Source: Octopus vulgaris (lineage: Eukaryota). From it: a stretch of DNA of 64,000 nt. Below, one piece after another: positions 55,166-64,000 of this stretch. Under the pieces are notes generated by a model that saw nothing but the letters and a program-made list of their open reading frames with translations, was not told the DNA's origin and made no database searches. Location: contig OX597827.1 of NCBI GenBank assembly GCA_951406725.2, positions 46,934,001-46,998,000 of the forward strand, given 5' to 3'. The position numbers and the translations under genes are program-made. Numbering within the stretch: position 1 is the first letter of the stretch; each line of letters opens with the position of its first letter.

Positions 55166-56889
55166 CTGAGAAAATATGTTTAAAACACAGTCATGGTTAT
55201 GTTCTCACCCGACCAGAAATGTTGTGGTAATGGTAAAGACAAGAAGTTAGATTCGTAGAAGTTGACCCAGTCTGTTGCTCAGCGCAATCAAATTTGAATT
55301 TGTTGAAGTCACCATAAGCATTATTTCATAGGAATTGAAACCATAGAAATATGAGGAGAGAAAAATGAATAATTTGTTTATGAATTTGTACGTGCTCGTG
55401 TGGTTTGTGGGTAGATAAGTGGACGAGATGGAGAGAAAGAGAGAGAAAGGGGGAGAAGAGAAACAAACTGATACAAAAAGGGAAAGTGTGAGACGAGGAT
55501 AACGAATGGGAAGTAGAGATAGAGAAAAAGAGAGAAAGAGAGAGTTAGTTGGCCAAAGAGAGAAAGTTGACAATATGTGTCCTGTAACGTTTTGCTGGAA
55601 AAACAAATATACAAATAGACATATCATGATAATTAAACATAACTCTGTATCGTATGTATGTATGTATGTATCTTTATGTATGTATGCATGTATGCATGTA
55701 TGCATGTATGTATGTATGTATGTATGTATGTATGAATGAATGTGTGTATGTATGTATGTATGTATGTATGTATGTATGTATGCATGTATGTATGTATGCA
55801 TGCATGTATGTATGTATGTATGTATGTATGTATGTATGCATGTATGCATGTATGAATATATGTAGTAGTAATGTTTGTATGTATGTATGTCGTAGTAATG
55901 TATGTATGTATGTATGTATGAATGAATGTGTGTATGTATGTATGTATGCATGTATGTATGTATGCATGTATGCATGCATATATGTATGCATATATGTATG
56001 TATGTATGAATGTATGTATGTATGTATGCATGTATGTATGTATTTATGCATATATGTATGTATGAATGTATGTATGTATGTATGCATGTATATATGTATT
56101 TATGCATATATGTATGCATGTGTGTATGTATGTATGTATGTAGTAGTAAGGTTTGTATATATTTATACCTTAGTAGAAGGCAAATATACATACATGCCTA
56201 TACATGTGTATGGCCGTGTATGTATGTGCGTGAATATGTGTGCGCACATTACATGTATATATATTTTCAATGCATATAAATACAAATGTACTATACACAC
56301 AACGGCACACGCACGCGCGTACAAACGCACACACATACACTCACTAATACACACACACTCACTAATACACACACATACGTACATACATATATGTATATAC
56401 ACATGTTCGTCAATTTTTCAAACGTATGTATGAAAGATATTTATATAAATACACTCACATGCATATGAATACAAGCGCACACAGACACACACTCACAAAT
56501 ACGCATACATACACACATACATAAATACCTACCTACATACATACATGCATACCTACATACATACATACATACATGCATACCTACATACATACATACATGC
56601 ATGCATACATACATACATATGTATATACACATGTTTTTCATTTTTTTTTAAACGTATGAAAGGTATACGTGTGTGTGTATTTATATAAAATATAAACACA
56701 CACACACAGACATACAAATACAGACGTACACAAACACACACACACACAGACACACACATACACACAAGCACACACAGGCACATACAAACATTTATATATA
56801 TATATATAAAAGGATACGCTTGTTCCTCTGTGTGTGTGTATATATATATTCACACATTGACCAAGATCATAATGACGGTAATAATAATA

Positions 56890-56934
<45 letters not shown>

Positions 56935-57087
56935 GTGTTGGTTGTGGTGGTGTTGTTTAATGTGTATATGTTTTTATGTGTATTTTGCCGACTGTTACTA
57001 GTGTTGATTTTGTTTGATAATGTTCTCATTCATTGCTTAAGCAAGCAAATTCAGTGCTAAGCAAACAAACCACAGATCATCATCAAC

Positions 57088-57221
<134 letters not shown>

Positions 57222-57261
57222 ATACACACATACGTGATAAATATCTATTTTATTATTATTG

Positions 57262-57294
<33 letters not shown>

Positions 57295-57502
57295 GTAGTA
57301 GTAGTAGCAGTAGTAGTAGTAGTTGTAGTATTATTGCTGTTGTTGTTACTGATATCTCAACGCAGCATGGCTTTCGGTGAGAAACAAGATGGAGGTGTGA
57401 ATCAAGTCGAACCGTATTGACACAACGTTTTATACTTGAGTGGCCTCCACTTCAGTTTTGGGCAAAATTGGATGGTTTTATATACGTATATGTGCTCACA
57501 CA

Positions 57503-57564
<62 letters not shown>

Positions 57565-57704
57565 ACACACACACCTGTGTATCTATATCAATGTCTGCAT
57601 ATCTATGTATTATATAAATTATATACACATACATATGTTCACATTAAATGCATGCGTTTATGTATGCATGCATGTGTGCATGAGCACATACACATACACT
57701 CAAA

Positions 57705-57743
<39 letters not shown>

Positions 57744-58364
57744 GTATATATTCATTTGCATACATATATGCATATATGCATGAATGTGTGTATATATATT
57801 TATATACATATATATACAGACATACGTTCGGAGACACGCATGTACACACATATAAACGGTTACATGTAGGCATATACGTGTGCGTATATGTGTGTGTGTG
57901 AGTGTGTGTGTGTGTCTGTATTTACTCGTGTGTCTCTCGGCCTATCAATGCAACTTTGTCTCCAAAATCTATAGCTTTATTTGCAGGATTCTGTTATCTT
58001 CTATAATGTAAATCTCTTTCATCACGGTATCTCACCTACATTTGTTTCTAGTTATCATTTTGTTCCGCCCAAATTCTATTATCTCTCATATTCTCTCATT
58101 TCTCAGTTGCTTTCTGTTATGCGACGTTTTTTTCTTTTATCCCTTTCGGTTCTGGTCTGCAGTCAGTAGTTTTTTGAATAATCAAGCTTGGAGAGCATTT
58201 CTTCCCGTCCTCTTGGTTCCACATGACAGCGACATCATTTCTATTAGCTCAGAAGATGGTTACAACTAGATGCATTCCGATTTTCATTATTTATCTGTAG
58301 CTTCTTTCACCTTTCCTACGACCGCGAGTCCGCTGCCCTAACCACTGGGCCATTGCGCCTCCAT

Positions 58365-58603
58365 GTATATAATTAATAGTATATATAATAATAGTGTATA
58401 TAATAATATAGATAACAACGGTATATATAATATTAGTATATATAACAACGATATATATAATAATATATATAACAACGGTATATATAAGCATATACAACGG
58501 TATATATAATAATAGATATACCAATGGTATATATCAATAAAAACGGTATACATAATGTTAGTATATCTAACAATAGTACATATAATAATATACAACGGTA
58601 TAA
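58365..58603. repeat. AT-rich minisatellite (~27-30 bp, ATATAACAACGGTATATATAAT core)
   Basis: Core recurs about 8 times with variation. Confidence 0.75.
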
Positions 58604-58808
58604 TCCTTTCTTCTAAAGGCACAAGGCGGCGGGTGAGACTTGTCGATTACATCGACCCCAGTACATAACTGGTACTTAGTTTATCGACCCCGACAGGATT
58701 ACAAGCAAAGTCGACCTCGGCGGAATTTGAGCTCACAACGTAAAGACGGATGAAATGCCAGTAAGCATTCCATCCGGCGTGTTAACCATTCTGCTAGCCC
58801 TTCACCTT
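58603..58808 (-). mobile_element. SINE family A
   Basis: Tail, central domain and head present. Confidence 0.8.
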
Positions 58809-59009
58809 AATCGTATATGTTATAATAGCATAGAATAGGCGTAGGCATGGCTGTGTGGCCAACGTGGTTGCTTCGTAACAACATGGTCTTGGGTTTTGTG
58901 CCATTTTGCGGCATCTTGGGAAAATGGGTTCTGTTATAACCCCAGGCCGGCCAATGCCTTGCGAACAATGAATTTGGTTGATGCAAACTGTTAGCGTCTA
59001 CCGTATTTC

Positions 59010-59209
59010 TTTTATTTGTTTCAGTCAATTGACTGCGACCATGCTGTAGCACCGTCTTTAGTCGAACAAATCGATCCCAGGACTTATTCTTTGTAAGCCT
59101 AGTACTTATTCTATCAGACTCTTTAGCCGAACCGCTAAGTTACAACCGTAACTTAGCGGTTGTTAAGCGATGGTGGGGGACAAACGCAGACACACAAACA
59201 TACACAGCC

Positions 59210-59289
<80 letters not shown>

Positions 59290-59435
59290 GACGGGCTTCT
59301 TTCAGTTTCCGTCTACCAAATCTATCCACAAGGCTTTCGTCGGCCCGAGGCTATAGTAGAATACACTGGCCCAAGGTACCACGCCGTGGGACTTAACCCG
59401 GAACCATGTGGCTGGTAAGCAAGCTACATTCCACA
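59010..59435 (-). mobile_element. SINE family B with expanded internal (TA)n
   Basis: Colinear with other family B copies. Confidence 0.85.
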
Positions 59436-60114
59436 TATATCTCTGTGTGTGTGTGTGTGTGTGTGTGTGCATGTATACCCAAAGATTGAATGAATTAGAG
59501 CCTTTTGAAGGAATGAGTATTGATGGTGATTTGTTCGTGTAAACCCTCAAAGGTGGTCGTGGTGGTAGTGGTGGAAGGAGAGCCCAGTGTGCTGCAGTTT
59601 ATTGACTGAAACAAGTAAAGGAATTTGAAGACTATGCTGGAAGAAAAATCGGAAAAATACTACCATATTTTTTTCTTTTTTAACAATACGCTCGCATTTC
59701 AAAACTAGAAATATTGCTGAAATATTCCTGTCAAAATCTCCATTATATTTAAAAACAAGTGAAAGAGGTATTACACATATAATCAGCAACTTACTCAAAA
59801 CGGATTACTATTGGTATTCGGTGTAGGAAGATGAAAATCGCCACTAAATATAAACACAAGAGAAAGGAGACAATACAAACATAATCAGTAATTTTACCAA
59901 AGCGGATTATATTCCTATGCAGCGCTGGAAGATAATACATCAAAATCTCTTCTAAATATCGTCTGTACAAAAGAACCAAAAGTCATGTATTATGTCTGTT
60001 GAAGTAGCTGCTCAACAAAGAAGACATTTTGTTCAAAATTAGCGAGAAATAGGTTATTATTGGTAGACAAATGTTTCGAAGCTGATACAACTATTTTAAC
60101 CTAATACCTTCTTT

Positions 60115-60768
60115 CTAATTTTGGTACAAGGCCACCAGTTTTTGAGGAGAATACGAGTTGATTATTATCGACCTCAGTGTTCAAATGGTTATTATTTTAT
60201 CGAATCTGCAAGGATGAAAGACAAAGTCGACATTTGTGGAATTTGAAAACAGATTATAAAGAGCTGGACGAAATGTCGTTAAGTATTTTGTTCAATTTGA
60301 TAACAATTCTTATTTCTTTATTTCCCACAAGGGGCTAAACATAGAGCGGACAAACAAGGGCAGACAAAGGGATTAAGTCGATTACATCGACCCCAGTGCG
60401 TAACTGGTACTTAATTTATCGAGCCCGAAAGGATGAAAGGCAAAGTCGATCTCGGCGGAATTTGAGGTCGACTTTGCCTTTCATCCTTTCGGGATCGATT
60501 AAATAAGTACCAGTTACGCACTGGGTCAATATAATCGACTTAATCCGTTTGTCTGTCCTTGTTTGTCTCTTCTGTGTTTAGCCCCTTGTGGGTAGTAAAG
60601 AAATAGGTATTTCGTCTGCCGCTACGTTCTGAATTCAAATTCCGCCGAGATCGACTTTGCCTTTCATCCTTTCGGGGTCGATTAAATAAGTACCAGTTGC
60701 GTACTGGTATCGATCTAATCGATTGGCCCCTGTCCCAAAATTTCGGGCCTTGTACATAGAGCAGAAAA
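60115..60768. mobile_element. SINE family A cluster forming an inverted pair
   Basis: Minus copies 60115-60465; plus dimer 60464-60768. Confidence 0.85.
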
Positions 60769-60836
60769 AATTATATGATGAAAACTAAACGAAGGGAAAT
60801 ACAGAACGTGATTTAACTAAACGAATACAGATTAAC

Positions 60837-61157
60837 GTGAAGGCGCGTGGCTTAATGGTTAGGGGCATTCGACTGACGATCGTAAAGTCGTGAGTTCAAT
60901 TCTAGATGACGTGTTGTGTCCTTGAACAAGACGCACTTTATTTCAGTCCACGCAGCTGCCGAAAATGAGTAGTACCTGTATTACAAAGGGCCAGCTTTGT
61001 CACACTCTGTGTCATACTGTATCTCCCTGAGAACTACGTTAAGGGTACACGTATCTGTGGAGTGCTCAGCCACATGCACGTTAATTTCACGAGCAAGCTG
61101 TTCCGTCGATCGTATCAGCTGGGATCCTCGTCGTCGTAACCAACGGAGTGCTCCCTT
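60837..61157 (+). mobile_element. Family R SINE (CORE-like middle, tail Y)
   Basis: A box TGGCTTAATGG, B box GAGTTCAATTC; TSD ACAGATTAA at 60827-60835 and 61159-61167. Confidence 0.85.
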
Positions 61158-61968
61158 AACAGATTAATTAATACACATTGAAGGCATATTATGTTTAATC
61201 TTCATCTAATCCACTTAATCTTTATCTTTATCTAATCCACTTAAAAAGCAAATAACAAAACATGCTGTAAGCAAATTAACCAAACTCAAAATCAGGATCT
61301 GTTTATTCAAAAGAAGGTACAGTTTATGGTCTGATATTGCAGAATATTCCCGGACTTCTGGAAATGGCAGATTTCTGGAAGCTATATATGTTGTCCGGTT
61401 TGATATTTACTCTATAAAACTGTATTAGTCTTAGCCTAAGAAGATTAGGGATTATAATTCCAGCACAGTATTAATTGATATAAAATCAACGGGAACCAGG
61501 GAGAATAAATCATCTTTTTAGAAATATCAAAGATCTATGCAGTTAAAAATAGTGATCCTTCGATCCCCACCCACCCACACACGAACACATATATTTCATC
61601 AATATCGATTAATATTGAACTAATTTATTAGGTAAACATGCTTTATAGGTGGGGGATCATAATATATGTATATATATATATATATATATATAAATAAAAT
61701 ATATATACTATTTAATAAAAATACGAAGGAATATTATTCCAAATTTACAGGGAAAAATTCAATTTAGAAATACTAAATCAAATTTCACAAAATATAATAT
61801 ATGTATATATATATATATATTAGAAAAAAACCCAACCTTTTATCAATTCAATAATGAAAAATCAAATTATACCATCTAGAAAATTACATATTATAGAAAG
61901 ATTAAATATAAGATAAAACATGTAAGTAATGTGCAAAATAATAAATAAAACGTATATATTTGGTAGAA

Positions 61969-62072
61969 TAACGACATGTGCTTCGTGACTATATTGAAGA
62001 AATCATTATAGTAAAAATATTAGTAGTAGTAGTAAAATCACTTCAGTATAAATATAGCCACTCATCAGGTTA
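61969..62072 (-). ncRNA. Hammerhead-like motif with long stem II and one core substitution
   Basis: TAAC CTGATGA GTGGCTATATT...AATATAGTCAC GAAG CACATG TC GTTA. Confidence 0.6.
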
Positions 62073-62149
62073 AAGATAATTACAATAATAAAATAATTAA
62101 TTAATAAATATACGTAAATAATCTTGTAAAATACAAATATATTCTTTAA

Positions 62150-62310
62150 AATAAAGACGAAGACAGGTGGTGTAGACAACAAACAGATGTATTAGTCTGA
62201 CGCTCGGGAAGTGAAAGTCTTTCGCGTTTCGAGCCTACGCTCTTCCACCGAAAGGAACACAGAAAGAAACAAGCAGAGAAAATAAAGAATGTGTAGTGGT
62301 TAGCGATCGA
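62150..62310 (-). mobile_element. Dispersed repeat family C
   Basis: Matches the 2053/2474 copies. Confidence 0.6.
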
Positions 62311-62524
62311 CGCCCCCATACCCCCTATATATATATATATATATGCACACATATATATTCCAGGGATTGGTGGATGTATTCTTCATTTTGATGGGAAAAA
62401 GCACGATCCTTTGTTTCTCCGGTAACAGGGTTCTGCATTGTAAAACACCTCAACTCTTCAGTCAGTCACACTGCCAATTCCTTGGTTCCTGCTGCCTGCT
62501 TTGTGTGTGTATATGTGTGTGTGA

Positions 62525-62609
<85 letters not shown>

Positions 62610-63349
62610 TGTGTGGGTGTGCATGTGTGACGCCTGACAGGTTATGGGTGTGTGAAATGAAAACATTACACAGCAATGCAGAAGGAACAAATTGAACCAG
62701 TAATTGAATTTCAGATTTCCATTTCCATCAATTTATCCATCAGCCTTTCCAATACATCCATCCATTTATTTCTCTTTTGATTTGCACAAAACAACTTGGG
62801 GAGATGTTTTCTTTTTCAATTAAACATTGAAATAACGTTGGCGGTAGTTTTCACAAATATTTGTCTAACCTTTTTTTATATTTCTTTCTTTGTTTTTCCT
62901 TTCTTTCTTTCTGTTATCTCTACAAGGATGGCAGCATATGACACCGAGGGAATTCCCAAAATTGCCGTTGGTCTTGTCTTCATTTTATTTCCTTTTCTCA
63001 GATTATTGTTTTATCCTCTTGTCTCTCCTCTCTCGCCATTATATTTCAGACAAAACACAGCTAATTTTTTAAGATAATTTTGTTTTTTACTGAAGGAACA
63101 AAAAAGTATTAAACTAAAATTATAAATACATTCATAAAATTATAAATACATTCACAGCTAACAGAAGACTAAAAATAAAAAAAATAAACCACAAACTATG
63201 AAAAAGAAATACTTCATATTTTATTAAAAGATAGTTCTTTTTGTCTAAATTTGAAAATAATATAAAATCGATTCAAGAGTATTTCTAAAAATGTATTTTC
63301 AACTTAGAAAATTGTTAAGAGATTTGATATTTTAAAAACAAAACTTAAT

Positions 63350-63780
63350 ATACTGGTTTGAAGCACCGATTTGGTAGAAGCGTTTGGATGCCGGGCAAAA
63401 TACTTAACGACATTTCTTCCGGCCTTACGTTTTCAATTTGAATTTCACTGAAATTTACTTTGTCTTTCATCGTTTCAAGGTCGATGAATAAGCACCAATT
63501 GAGCCCTGGGGTAGATGTCATCGACATAGTCTCTCCTCTAAAATTCCTGATCTTGTGTCAAGATGTGAAACCAATTAATGTCCTGGTTTAAGGCGCCGAT
63601 TTGGCAGAATAGTTTTCATTTGTTCCGATTTTGCGTTCTAAATTCAAATTCTGCCAAGGTAGACTTTGCCTTTTATCCATTTGGGAGCGATAAAAAAAAA
63701 GAACCAGTCGAGTACTGGAGTCGATGTAATCGACTTCCCTCACCTCAAAATTTCTAAGCTTTGAGCCCATAGTAGACAGA
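63350..63780 (+). mobile_element. Two diverged head-to-tail SINE family A copies
   Basis: Heads at ~63360 and ~63590, each preceded by CTGGTTT. Confidence 0.65.
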
Positions 63781-64000
63781 ATAAATATACTGGTTTTCTT
63801 GTAAAAAATGGCAACTGAACACGGTAAAAGGCAAGTTCCCGGCTAGATATTTTAGCGACGTAGTTCCGATACGCTGCGGTAATTATTTTAATTTTATCCA
63901 TATCGCTAATGTCCTTCAGGAAAATATTTTATTTCACCACGTTACGTTACATTCTCTACTAAAATATTGGAATATTTGTTCCTGATCAGATCAATCCAAA

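Overview
AT-rich, microsatellite-saturated eukaryotic non-coding DNA. I recognise the SINE families and repeat style as octopus-like (coleoid cephalopod); this is recognition, not a database match. I can support no intact protein-coding gene, and nearly all listed ORFs are translations of simple repeats. The window holds three families of tRNA-derived SINEs (tens of copies), decayed mariner and pogo-like DNA transposons, a non-autonomous Helitron, CR1/L2-type and R4-like LINE 3' ends, and several long inverted repeats beside (TA)n tracts. The main result is a hammerhead-ribozyme layer. A near-identical ~480-bp tandem array at 39091-41463 has 4.5 units plus an inverted end and sits in (TA)n. 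Each unit carries a complete minimal type I hammerhead on the minus strand, the architecture expected of a retrozyme (self-cleaving circular RNA retroelement). About a dozen further intact, degenerate, half or non-canonical hammerhead motifs of Penelope-like pseudo-LTR type lie across the window, several inside the palindromes. All coordinates were read by eye and may be off by a few bases.
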